This document shows, one piece after another, positions 9,554-18,688 of a DNA stretch of 64,000 bases. The first letter of the stretch is position 1. Each line of letters begins with the position of its first letter. The translations under genes were made by a program, and so were the position numbers. Origin of the DNA: an uncultured Gemmatimonadales bacterium. GTDB lineage: Bacteria > Gemmatimonadota > Gemmatimonadetes > Longimicrobiales > Gaopeijiaceae. The notes beneath the pieces are model-generated. The model saw nothing but the letters and a program-made list of their open reading frames with translations, did no database searches and was not told the origin of the DNA. The stretch covers positions 412,071 to 476,070 of the forward strand of contig CAWGKG010000010.1 of assembly GCA_963823035.1 (NCBI GenBank), written 5' to 3'.

Positions 9554-12460
9554 GTGCATCTCATGGATAGATCGAAATCACCGCTCCACCGTCTCCTCGA
9601 CTTCGGCCAGTCGTACTGGTTGGACAACCTCACCCGGGACAAGCTGAAGAGTGGAGAGCTGCAGCACCGCGTTACCGAAGAGGGCCTGCGCGGGCTTACG
9701 TCCAACCCCGCCATCTTCCACAAGGCCATCGCAGGAAGTGATGCCTACGACGACCAGGTAGAAGAACTGGCCCGGTCGGGCGCCGATCCGTACCACATGT
9801 ACGAGGCTCTGGTCCTCGACGACATCCGGGACGCATGCGACGTGCTGCGGCCGGTCTACGACGACTCCGAGGGAGTCGATGGCTTCGTGAGCCTCGAGCT
9901 CTCCCCGTATCTGGCCCATGACACGACGGGCTCCATGGAGGATGCCCGCCGCCTGTATTCCGAGGTCGACCGTCCGAACCTCCTCATCAAGATCCCGGGC
10001 ACGCCTGCGGGTGTTCCCGCCATCGAGCAGATGCTGTACGAGGGCGTGAACGTGAACGTCACTCTCCTTTTCTCCGTTTCGGCGTACCAGGACGTGGCCG
10101 AAGCCTACCTGCGGGCGTTGGAGCGGAGACGGGAAGAGGGGAAGCCCGTCGACGGAGTGGCGTCGGTGGCCAGCTTCTTCCTGAGCCGGATCGACGTCCT
10201 GGTGGATCGCCTTCTGGGACGACGCATGTCCCCGGATTCCGACCCCGCCGGACGTGCCGGTAGCAGGAACCTCATGGGGAAAGCGGCCGTGGCAAGCGCC
10301 AAGGTGGCGTATCAACATCTCCTGGAGATCCTGGACAGCGACCGGTGGAAGACGTTGGAGGCCGCGGGCGCCCGACCCCAGCGACTGCTGTGGGCCTCCT
10401 CGAGCACCAAGGACCGCCTCTACTCCGACGTACGCTACGTGGAGCCGCTCATCGGCCCGCACACGGTGAACACTCTTCCTGACGAGACCATCGCCGCGGT
10501 GGCGGACCACGGCACCGTAGCCCGGACCGTCGACCAGGGCATGGACGAGGCCCGACGCACGCTCGATCTCCTGGCCGAGGCGGGGATCGACATCGACGGC
10601 GTCACGTGGCAACTCATGAACGAGGGAGTCGAGAAGTTCATCGCCCCCTTCGAGTCTCTGCTCGAGACGCTGGCGACCGGGCGCGCCCGAGTGATCTCCG
10701 ACACCGGCTGGTCCCTCGACGTGTCGCCTGCCCAGGCCCGGAAGGCGACCGACGACGTGCTGGAGTCGCTGGAGACCCGCCGCTTCGTGCGCCGGCTTCA
10801 CGCTGCGGATGCCAGCCTGTGGACCGGCGACCCACAAAAGGCCGACGAGGTCCGCAACCGCCTGGGCTGGCTCACGTCGCCGGCCGCGTTTCATTCGCGA
10901 GTGGAGGAGCTCAGATCGTTCGCGAACGAAGTGACGGCGGATGGCTTCGACGACGTGGTCCTGCTGGGCATGGGTGGCTCCTCGCTGGCGGCGGACGTGA
11001 GCCGGCGCGTGTTCGGCAAGATGGCCGGACACCCCCGCCTCCACGTCCTGGACGACACGGCCCCCGCTGCCATCCAGGCCATGCGCGACGCCGTGAACCC
11101 CGACGACACCCTCTTCCTGGTGGCGAGCAAGTCGGGAACCACCACGGAGACCCTGAGCCTGTACCGCTCGTTCTTCACCTGGGTGGAGGAGGCCGGGGAT
11201 GATGACCCGGGCCGCCACTTCGTCGCCATCACCGACGCCGACACACCCCTGGCCCGCCAAGCGGGAGAGCGAGGCTTCCGCCACACGTTCGTGAACCCGT
11301 CGGACATCGGCGGCCGGTACTCGGCGCTCTCCTGGTTCGGCCTCGTGCCCATGGCGCTCCAGGGCGTCGACTTGGAGGCCATCCTGGAGGCCGCCCTGCA
11401 CATGCGCGCCAGCTGCGCGCCCAACGTTCCCGAACACGCCGACCCCGGCGTCCGGTTGGGAGCCGCCCTGGGTGGCCTGGCACGGCAGGGACGCGACAAG
11501 ATCACCTTCGTCCTCGCGGCCGGCTTGCGGCCTTTCGGGGACTGGGTCGAGCAACTCCTGGCGGAGAGCACGGGCAAGGACGGCACCGGCCTGATCCCTG
11601 TGGTGGGCGAGCCCCTGGCACCCGCCGATAGCTACGGAGACGACCGGGTCTTCGTGCATATGGCGCTGGCCGATGAAGAGGACGCCGCCAACGCCCGTGC
11701 CCTGGACGAACTGGAGGCCGCGGGTCACCCGGTGATCCGCCTCGACCTGGATAGCCTTCACGGCCTGGGGGGAGAGTTCTTCCGTTGGGAGGTGGCCACG
11801 GCCGCTGCGGGAGCCGTCCTCGGCGTGGACGCCTTCGACCAGCCCAACGTCGAGGCGGCAAAGACGCGGACCCGGGAGCTTCTGTCCGGTGACGGCAAGA
11901 CGCGCGAGCCCCGGGATCCGGTGGCGGAAGACGACCACCTGGCTCTATTCATCCAGGGCGAGGCGGCCTCCGATACGACCGCGACGCCGGACGACGCGGC
12001 ATCCGACCTCGTCAGCCCCACCGAAGCGCTGAGGACGCTGCTGCAGGGTGCCCGCGCCGGCGACTACCTGGCGCTGCTGCCCTACCTCGCACGAACACCG
12101 GCGCGCCGGGACCGCGTCGCACGACTGCGCACCGGCCTCGGCGACCTCCTGGGCGTCGCCACCACGGTGGGGTTCGGCCCCCGGTACCTCCACTCCACCG
12201 GCCAGCTCCACAAGGGCGGGCCACCGTCGGGGATCTTCGTGATCCTCACCGCGGACGAAGCCGGCGACCTGCCCATCCCCGGTGAGGACCACGGATTCGC
12301 CGACCTGCATCGCGCACAGGCCATGGGGGATTTCGCGGCCCTCCGGGAGCGCGGTCGACGCGTCGCCCGCCTCCACCTCAAGGGGGATGTCCAGGAAGCC
12401 CTGGAACACCTGGTCCATGCCCTGCACATCGATGCGTCCGCGTCGCTGCTGAACGCGTGA
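9554..12460 (+). CDS. Bifunctional transaldolase / glucose-6-phosphate isomerase
   Basis: Tal part: GLTSNPAIF, IKIPGT, NVNVTLLFS, ASFFLSRID. Pgi part: LGMGGSSL, ASKSGTT, GGRYS, QLLAESTGK, FDQPNVE, HSTGQLHKGGP. Confidence 0.95.
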   Translation: MHLMDRSKSPLHRLLDFGQSYWLDNLTRDKLKSGELQHRVTEEGLRGLTSNPAIFHKAIAGSDAYDDQVEELARSGADPYHMYEALVLDDIRDACDVLRPVYDDSEGVDGFVSLELSPYLAHDTTGSMEDARRLYSEVDRPNLLIKIPGTPAGVPAIEQMLYEGVNVNVTLLFSVSAYQDVAEAYLRALERRREEGKPVDGVASVASFFLSRIDVLVDRLLGRRMSPDSDPAGRAGSRNLMGKAAVASAKVAYQHLLEILDSDRWKTLEAAGARPQRLLWASSSTKDRLYSDVRYVEPLIGPHTVNTLPDETIAAVADHGTVARTVDQGMDEARRTLDLLAEAGIDIDGVTWQLMNEGVEKFIAPFESLLETLATGRARVISDTGWSLDVSPAQARKATDDVLESLETRRFVRRLHAADASLWTGDPQKADEVRNRLGWLTSPAAFHSRVEELRSFANEVTADGFDDVVLLGMGGSSLAADVSRRVFGKMAGHPRLHVLDDTAPAAIQAMRDAVNPDDTLFLVASKSGTTTETLSLYRSFFTWVEEAGDDDPGRHFVAITDADTPLARQAGERGFRHTFVNPSDIGGRYSALSWFGLVPMALQGVDLEAILEAALHMRASCAPNVPEHADPGVRLGAALGGLARQGRDKITFVLAAGLRPFGDWVEQLLAESTGKDGTGLIPVVGEPLAPADSYGDDRVFVHMALADEEDAANARALDELEAAGHPVIRLDLDSLHGLGGEFFRWEVATAAAGAVLGVDAFDQPNVEAAKTRTRELLSGDGKTREPRDPVAEDDHLALFIQGEAASDTTATPDDAASDLVSPTEALRTLLQGARAGDYLALLPYLARTPARRDRVARLRTGLGDLLGVATTVGFGPRYLHSTGQLHKGGPPSGIFVILTADEAGDLPIPGEDHGFADLHRAQAMGDFAALRERGRRVARLHLKGDVQEALEHLVHALHIDASASLLNA

Positions 12461-12480
12461 ACATCAACAGGGAGCGAACC

Positions 12481-13404
12481 ATGCAACTGGGGATCATTGG
12501 ACTCGGCAAGATGGGCGGGAACATGGTTCGCCGCCTGGTGGCCCGGGACCACGACGTGGTCGGGTTCGACCTGGACGACGGCAACGTGGCCGAGGCGAAG
12601 GACGCCGGCGCACGAGGCGCCGGATCCCTCGGCGAGTTGGTGGATGCCCTCGAGCCTCCCCGCGCGGTCTGGGTCATGGTCCCCCACGGCGAGCCGACGC
12701 GGAAGACGGTGCAGGACCTCCTCCCGCTCCTGGACGAGGACGATGTACTGGTGGACGGGGGCAACTCCCACTACCCCGACTCCATGGCCCACGCCCGCCG
12801 GTGTGCCGAGGCCGGCGTGCACTTCCTGGACGTAGGCGTGTCGGGAGGTGTGTGGGGACTCGACATCGGCTACTGCATGATGATCGGCGGACCTCCGGAG
12901 CCTGTGGAACGCCTCGATCCGATCTTCACGGCGCTGGCCCCGGAAGACGGCTACGCCCATGTGGGTGGCAGCGGCGCCGGCCACTTCGTGAAGATGATCC
13001 ACAACGCCATCGAATACGCCATGCTCCAGGCTCTGGGCGAGGGCTTCGAGTGCCTGGACGCATCGGAGTTCGGCCTGGATCTGAAGCAGGTGGCCGGGGT
13101 GTGGCGGAACGGCTCGGTCATCCGCTCCTGGCTCCTGGAGCTGCTGGAGAAGGCCTTCGACGAGGAGGGCAACGATCTGGCCTCGGTGGGTCCCTGGGTG
13201 GACGACTCGGGCACGGGACGATGGACGGTGGACTTCGCATTGGAAAACGCGGTGCCGGTGCCCGCCATCGCCCAGGCCCTCTTCGAGCGCTTCGACTCCC
13301 GCATCGACCAGCGCTTCGCCTATCGCACCATCGCCGCGCTACGCAACCAGTTCGGTGGACACGCGGTGCATGACCGGGAAGACGGAGGCAGCCATGCCGG
13401 CTGA
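12481..13404 (+). CDS. gnd: 6-phosphogluconate dehydrogenase (decarboxylating, short YqeC-type)
   Basis: GLGKMG, VDGGNS, DVGVSGG, GHFVKMIHNAIEY, DSGTGRW, ALRNQFGGH. Confidence 0.95.
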   Translation: MQLGIIGLGKMGGNMVRRLVARDHDVVGFDLDDGNVAEAKDAGARGAGSLGELVDALEPPRAVWVMVPHGEPTRKTVQDLLPLLDEDDVLVDGGNSHYPDSMAHARRCAEAGVHFLDVGVSGGVWGLDIGYCMMIGGPPEPVERLDPIFTALAPEDGYAHVGGSGAGHFVKMIHNAIEYAMLQALGEGFECLDASEFGLDLKQVAGVWRNGSVIRSWLLELLEKAFDEEGNDLASVGPWVDDSGTGRWTVDFALENAVPVPAIAQALFERFDSRIDQRFAYRTIAALRNQFGGHAVHDREDGGSHAG

Positions 13405-14941
13405 ACGGACCCAGGCGAGGCTCGCACTCCAGGACGCCGCACCGTCCGGGCTCGAACACGTGTCCCGGCCCGAGCCGTGCATGCTGGTCATCTTCGGTGC
13501 CGGCGGCGATCTGACGCATCGCCAACTCATCCCGTCACTCTACGAGCTCGCCACCAAGGGCCTGCTGCCCGTTCCCGTGGCGGTGGTGGGGTTCAGCCAA
13601 GGCCAGCGCGACGACGCGTCGTTTCGCGACATGATGCGCGCCGCGGTCGAAGACGAGTGCTCTTTCCAGGAGCGGGTCTGGCACAGGCTGGCCTCTTCGC
13701 TCTTCTACGTTGCGGGCGACTTTCGCAGCAAGGCCGACTATGCCCGCCTGGCCGAGCGGATCGACGAGATCCGTGACCAGCATGGACTTCCCGACAACGT
13801 CCTCTTTCACCTGGCGGCTCCACCCTCGTTCTTCGACGACATCGTCGAGGGGTTGGACGATTCGGGGCTGGCCCGTAGTGAGAGCGGATGGCGCCGCCTC
13901 GTCATCGAGAAGCCCTTCGGCCACGATCTGGCTTCGGCGCGCGCGTTGGATCGACGCCTCGGCGCAGCGTTCGACGAGGATCAGATCTACCGGATCGACC
14001 ACTTTCTCGGTAAAGAGACCGTACAGAACATGCTGGTCTTCCGGTTCGCCAACCCCGGCTTCGAGCCCATCTGGAACCGCGACCACGTGGATCACGTGCA
14101 GATCACCGTGGCCGAAGAGCTGGGCGTGGGCACCCGGGGTTCGTTCTACGAGGAGACCGGCATCGTCCGTGACATGGTGCAGAACCACCTGCTCCAACTC
14201 CTGTGCATGACGGCCATCGAGCCACCGGTGCGCTTCACGGCCGACGCGCTACGCACCGAGACCGCCAAGGTCCTGGAAGCGGTCCAGGTCACCCCCTTCG
14301 ACCCGGAGCGGGACGCGGTGCGGGGGCAGTACGGCCCCGGATGCGTCGGAGAGGGGCGGGTCCCGGGCTACCGTGAGGAGGACGACGTGGAGGCGGAATC
14401 CACGACCCCCACCTTCGCGGCCCTCCGACTGACCCTCGACAACTGGCGCTGGGCCGGCGTCCCCTTCTATCTGCGCACCGGCAAGCGGATGGCGCGCAAG
14501 CTCACCGAGGTGGCCGTGCATTTCCGGCCCACCCCCCACCGCATGTTCCGCGACGGGGATGGGAACGGCCCTTCGAGCAACGTGCTGGGGTTTCGGCTCC
14601 AGCCCGAGGAGGGAATCCTCCATCGGTTCCTGGCCAAACGCCCCGGCCCGGACGTCTCCATGGAGCCCGTCACCATGGACTTCGGATATGCCGAGGCATT
14701 CTCGGTGGACGAGCCGCCCCGGGCCTACGCGTGGCTCCTCATGGACGCCATGCAGGGCGACCAGCGGCTGTTCGCCCGGGCCGACTGGGTCGGGAAGGCC
14801 TGGTCTATCGTGGACCCCCTGGTGGAGCACTGGGCGGAGCGTCCTCCCGAGGCGTTCCCCAACTACGAGGCGGGCAGTTGGGGCCCCGCCGGGGCCGACG
14901 CCCTCCTGGAGCGCGACGGCCGGAAATGGGGGAGCCTGTGA
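13394..14941 (+). CDS. zwf: Glucose-6-phosphate 1-dehydrogenase
   Basis: FGAGGDL, EKPFG, YRIDHFLGKE, RDMVQNHLLQ, RWAGVPFYLRTGK. Confidence 0.96.
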   Translation: MPAERTQARLALQDAAPSGLEHVSRPEPCMLVIFGAGGDLTHRQLIPSLYELATKGLLPVPVAVVGFSQGQRDDASFRDMMRAAVEDECSFQERVWHRLASSLFYVAGDFRSKADYARLAERIDEIRDQHGLPDNVLFHLAAPPSFFDDIVEGLDDSGLARSESGWRRLVIEKPFGHDLASARALDRRLGAAFDEDQIYRIDHFLGKETVQNMLVFRFANPGFEPIWNRDHVDHVQITVAEELGVGTRGSFYEETGIVRDMVQNHLLQLLCMTAIEPPVRFTADALRTETAKVLEAVQVTPFDPERDAVRGQYGPGCVGEGRVPGYREEDDVEAESTTPTFAALRLTLDNWRWAGVPFYLRTGKRMARKLTEVAVHFRPTPHRMFRDGDGNGPSSNVLGFRLQPEEGILHRFLAKRPGPDVSMEPVTMDFGYAEAFSVDEPPRAYAWLLMDAMQGDQRLFARADWVGKAWSIVDPLVEHWAERPPEAFPNYEAGSWGPAGADALLERDGRKWGSL

Positions 14942-15024
14942 GCAAGTCCCCCGTTTCCCCCGACGGCCACATGGCCTCGCTCTCTCCCGGCGCGCGGGCC
15001 GGCCGGGGGGACGCGGGCTCGTGA
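14938..15024 (+). pseudogene. 28-codon vestige of 6-phosphogluconolactonase
   Basis: GTG..TGA mini-ORF VSKSPVSPDGHMASLSPGARAGRGDAGS with GTGA overlaps to both zwf and glk. It contains a DGHxASLxPG motif like 6PGL. Confidence 0.6.
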
Positions 15025-16052
15025 CCATCCTGGCGGCCGACATCGGAGGGACCCACGCACGCCTCGCCGTCTTCGGTGGGCGGGGGCGGCGCCCCGACAT
15101 GCTCCGGGAGCGGACATGGCCCAGCGAGGAGCACGACGGGCTCCTGCCCATCCTCCAGGCGTTCCTTGCCGACCAACCGGAGCGCCCCGAAGCCGCGTGC
15201 CTGGCCCTGGCTGGACCCGTGCGGGACGGAGTCTGCCGCATGCCCAACCTGGGCTGGGAGGTCCACGAGGCGGAGCTCTCGCGGGAGACCGGAATCGACT
15301 TGCTTTTTCTCCTCAACGACTTCCGGGCCATCGCCCACGGGGTGCTCGTGCTGCGAGACGACGAGGTCGCCACCCTGCAGCCCGGCGTCGACACGCCGGG
15401 CCACGTTGTCGCGGTGGTGGGCGCGGGCACCGGGCTTGGCGTCGCCGCGGCGGACCGGGGCCTCGACCCGCCGCGTGTTCTGGACTCGGAGGGAGGTCAC
15501 GCCGACTTCGCGCCCCGCACCGACCAGGAGTGGGCCCTGGCGCGCTTCCTCGCCGCACGCTACGGGCGAGCCTCGTGGGAGCGGGTGCTCTCGGGCGACG
15601 GGTTGATGGACGTCTACGAGTACCTGCGCGGACGCGACGGGAGCCCCGAGGGCGAGGCGCTCCGGAACCCCGGCCCCCCCGCGCCCGCACCCGACGGGGG
15701 CGACGACGACGACCCTTCGGTGCGCATCACCAGGCGCGCCCTGGCCGGGGACGACCCAGTGGCGGAGCGCGCGCTGGAGATGTTCGTGTCGGCGTACGGG
15801 GCCTTCGCCGGCAATGTGGCGCTGACCCTGGGCGCCCGGAGCGGCGTCTATGTGGCAGGGGGTATAGCCCCGCACATCCTCGACGCCCTGCGCGGCGGGG
15901 GCTTCATGGAGGCCTTCCGCTCCGCGGGGCGCATGCGCGACTACTTGGGGGAGATTCCGGTCCGGGTGGTGCTCAATGAGGACGTGGGCCTGTTGGGCGC
16001 GGCCAGCGCGGCGATGATGAACGGCCCCTGGAACGGCGCTTGCATCGGTTAG
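15021..16052 (+). CDS. glk: Glucokinase (Glk family)
   Basis: LAADIGGTHAR, LAGPV, LLNDF, GAGTGLG, SEGGH, ERVLSGDGL, GVYVAGGIAP. Confidence 0.93.
   Translation: MTILAADIGGTHARLAVFGGRGRRPDMLRERTWPSEEHDGLLPILQAFLADQPERPEAACLALAGPVRDGVCRMPNLGWEVHEAELSRETGIDLLFLLNDFRAIAHGVLVLRDDEVATLQPGVDTPGHVVAVVGAGTGLGVAAADRGLDPPRVLDSEGGHADFAPRTDQEWALARFLAARYGRASWERVLSGDGLMDVYEYLRGRDGSPEGEALRNPGPPAPAPDGGDDDDPSVRITRRALAGDDPVAERALEMFVSAYGAFAGNVALTLGARSGVYVAGGIAPHILDALRGGGFMEAFRSAGRMRDYLGEIPVRVVLNEDVGLLGAASAAMMNGPWNGACIG
16029..16044 (+). promoter_or_regulatory. sigma54 promoter of pfpI-dodecin (inside the glk 3' end)
   Basis: TGGAACGGCGCTTGCA (GG-N10-GC), 50 nt before the PfpI ATG. Confidence 0.75.
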
Positions 16053-16094
16053 GGGCATCGAGATTCTTCCCAGTATCAACGGAAGGTGAAGCAT

Positions 16095-16667
16095 ATGCCC
16101 GAACGCAGACTCGACGGAAAGCACGTCGCCATCCTCGCGACCAACGGATTCGAGAACTCCGAGCTTCGCGATCCCCTGAAGGCGCTCACAGAGGCCGGCG
16201 CCACGACCCGCATCGTGTCCCTGCCCGGCACCGCCGGGGCGATCCTACCCTGGTCGGTCGACGGCTGGGGTGAGGAGATCGCGGTGGACGCCACTGTGGA
16301 CGAGCAGTCCCCCGACCCCTTCGACGCGCTGGTGCTCCCTGGAGGAGTCGCCAACCCCGACCAGCTTCGGATGAACGACGACGCCGTCTCCTTCGTCCGT
16401 CACTTCTTCGAGAAGAGCAAGCCGGTGGCCGCCATCTGCCATGGCCCGTGGATGCTGGCCGAGGCGGACGTGGCCCGAGGCCGGAAGCTGACGTCGTACC
16501 CCTCGATCCGCACGGACCTCAAGAATGCCGGAGCCAATTGGGTGGACCAGGAGGTCGTGGTGGACCAGGGTCTGGTGACCAGCCGGTCCCCCGACGACAT
16601 GCCGGCGTTCCTCGACAAGCTCATCGAGGAGGTGGGCGAGGGCGTCCACGCCGGTCAGCACGCCTGA
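16095..16667 (+). CDS. PfpI/DJ-1 family protein (type 1 glutamine amidotransferase fold)
   Basis: GFENSEL, LVLPGG, AAICHGPW, LVTSRSPDD. Confidence 0.93.
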   Translation: MPERRLDGKHVAILATNGFENSELRDPLKALTEAGATTRIVSLPGTAGAILPWSVDGWGEEIAVDATVDEQSPDPFDALVLPGGVANPDQLRMNDDAVSFVRHFFEKSKPVAAICHGPWMLAEADVARGRKLTSYPSIRTDLKNAGANWVDQEVVVDQGLVTSRSPDDMPAFLDKLIEEVGEGVHAGQHA

Positions 16668-16770
16668 TCGGACGGAGCGTTCACCGCGCAACTCCTGACC
16701 GCACGCGCCCTTCGTCTCGTTCCTCCTCATCGTGCCCCTACCTGAGTCCCACCACCTGAGAGAGAGTCCC

Positions 16771-16974
16771 ATGTCAGTTGCCAAAGTCATCGAAATCAGC
16801 GCCGAATCCACCGAGTCTTTCGACGACGCCGTGCGCACCGGCATCGAACACGCCAGCAAGACCGTGAAGAACATCCAGGGCGCCTGGGTCAAAGACATGC
16901 AGACCAGCGTGAAGGACGGGAAGGTGACCGACTTCCGGGTGAACATGAAGGTGACCTTCATCCTGGACGGCTAA
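16771..16974 (+). CDS. Dodecin family flavin-binding protein
   Basis: MSVAKVIEISAESTESFDDAVRTGIEHASKTV...FRVNMKVTF, 67 aa. Confidence 0.92.
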   Translation: MSVAKVIEISAESTESFDDAVRTGIEHASKTVKNIQGAWVKDMQTSVKDGKVTDFRVNMKVTFILDG

Positions 16975-17143
16975 GGGAATCGCGGTTCGAATCCCGCGGC
17001 ACCACGAACATCCGCACGGCGGATCGACCGGGAGCCCCGCTTCGTGGCCCTCCGGGTGTCGAGGCACCTGGGGGCCCCCGCCGTCGCGGGCATCATCCCG
17101 GGCTTCCCGAACCGCCAGTTCTCGAGTGCGCTACCCGCGTTCC

Positions 17144-17263
17144 TTAGCTGCCGTCGGCCCGGACCTCCTCCAACGTACGGCCCGCAGGCACCGCGTATCC
17201 TCCGGTGAGCTTCTCACCCTGGAGCCAGAGAGTGGCGTGTCCTTCGTCGAGCTGGCGGCTCAT
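17144..17263 (-). pseudogene. Vestige of a stand-alone LigD 3'-phosphoesterase-domain gene
   Basis: MSRQLDEGHATLWLQGEKLTGGYAVPAGRTLEEVRADGS joins two motifs recalled from this family (GH..VWLxGEKLxGGYAL and SGRTLEEV). Confidence 0.5.
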
Positions 17264-17293
17264 GGGCGCACGGGCTCGGCGTCGTTCCACGCC

Positions 17294-17309
17294 TGGAACG
17301 ATCCTTGCG
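17294..17309 (+). promoter_or_regulatory. sigma54 promoter upstream of the DUF2188-like gene
   Basis: TGGAACGATCCTTGCG (GG-N10-GC). Confidence 0.7.
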
Positions 17310-17467
17310 ACCCTTGGAAGGTCCTGATCATGTCCGCGGTTACGCCGAAGAACCGGTCCTACCAGGAGCAGCTGTACGACGATTGCGGCCGGCCGATCCA
17401 CTGGCGTTCTTCCTCGCCACAGCCAGATCAACCCCGCATCGATCGCGGGACCAACCGAGGAAAGAAG

Positions 17468-17840
17468 ATGGCATTGCTGAAGAAGAAGACACCCGGTGAG
17501 AAGATCGCCGAACAGGTGACCAAGAAGGTGAAGAACAACCCCAGAACCGCCGCCGCCGCGGGTCTCGCCGCAGCAGCTACGGCGGTGGGTGCCGCCGCCT
17601 GGCTCACGACCCGTCGGAAGGCCGACGCCGACGCCGTCGCGCTACACGTCGAGTCGGATGGGGACGGAGCGTGGTTGCTCCGCCAAGAGGGGATGGACGA
17701 GCCCATCCAGCGGCATGACAGCAAGCGGCGAGCGGTGTCGGCCGCGCGTATGTATGCGCGCGAGCCACCGTCCCAGCGCCCTGACCATCCACAAGCAGAA
17801 GGGGGGCGTGAGCCGCCGCCATATCTATGCGGATGGGTGA
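17468..17840 (+). CDS. DUF2188-like protein with an N-terminal Ala-rich membrane helix (frameshift near 17760)
   Basis: Frame 1 gives LHVESDGDGAWLLRQEG..HDSKRRAVSAARMYA and the second frame continues HRPSALTIHKQKGGVSRRHIY, together matching the DUF2188 pattern. RBS GAGG. Confidence 0.65.
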
Positions 17841-17911
17841 CGGTCACCACAAACCGGCCTGGCCCCGGACGTTTCGACTTTCGCGGATGTGAAATCCGAC
17901 GGAGCCGACGG

Positions 17912-18577
17912 TCATTTCTCCACCACGACCCCATCGACGTCCGCACCCATGTCGCGGAGCGCACGGCTCACATCGGTGACGAAGTCCGGTGGACCGCAGA
18001 CGTAGTGCGTCCCCTGCGGGTCGGCGATGTGGTCCTGGAGATAGGCACGGTCGATGCGGCGGTCGTCGTAGCCCGGCGCGGACCGATGGGTGCACGTGAG
18101 ACGGCAGCGATCCCCCAACAGGTGGCGGAGCTCCCTCTCGCAGATCACGTCGGCCGGCGTCTTGTTGCTGAAGAGGAGGGTGCACCGCTCCAGATCCGCC
18201 GGGTCATCGATGTGACGGAGGATGGCCAGAAGCGGTGTGACGCCGGCGCCGCCCCCGATGAACGTCCCTGGTCCCTGGTAGGTGATGGCACCGAAGGCCT
18301 TGGACAGGAGGAGGCCATCGCCGGGCTTCAGGGCGTGGAGCTCTTCGGTCACCGCGTCGTGCTCCGGATAGACCTTGATGAGGAACTCCAGGGTGGGGGC
18401 GTCCACGGGCGAGGTCGGGGTGAAGGGTCGGCCCTCCTCCCGCAGACGGTCGGCGTCGACGGCGACCTCCACGCCTTGGCCCGGTTGATACTCGAACCCA
18501 TCGGGACGCCCTACGATGAACTGCTTGACGTCGTGGGTCACGAACCCCATGTGGAGGATTTCAGTGCGGTACTCCAT
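17912..18577 (-). CDS. FAD/NAD(P)-binding oxidoreductase (ferredoxin-NADP reductase / flavodoxin reductase family)
   Basis: RPFT, FIGGGAGVTP and YVCGPP motifs. Confidence 0.9.
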   Translation of the reverse strand: MEYRTEILHMGFVTHDVKQFIVGRPDGFEYQPGQGVEVAVDADRLREEGRPFTPTSPVDAPTLEFLIKVYPEHDAVTEELHALKPGDGLLLSKAFGAITYQGPGTFIGGGAGVTPLLAILRHIDDPADLERCTLLFSNKTPADVICERELRHLLGDRCRLTCTHRSAPGYDDRRIDRAYLQDHIADPQGTHYVCGPPDFVTDVSRALRDMGADVDGVVVEK

Positions 18578-18688
18578 GGAAAGCTCCGGATCGGTTGAAC
18601 AGGCGCCTGCCCCGAATGCCGCAGGGCCGCCCGCCCAAGTGCGGGAACGGCCCTGCGCTCCGGTCCGAGGTATGGACGGGATCGGCGG

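Noticed and set aside
9578..11938. Long antisense ORFs (786 aa here; also 19398-21110, 23209-25569, 26590-28725, 45062-46966)
   Set aside because: They are shadows of well-supported genes in high-GC DNA and carry no motifs of their own.
17126..18598. 490-aa ORF
   Set aside because: Chimera of the frameshifted DUF2188-like gene reading through antisense to the FNR-like gene.
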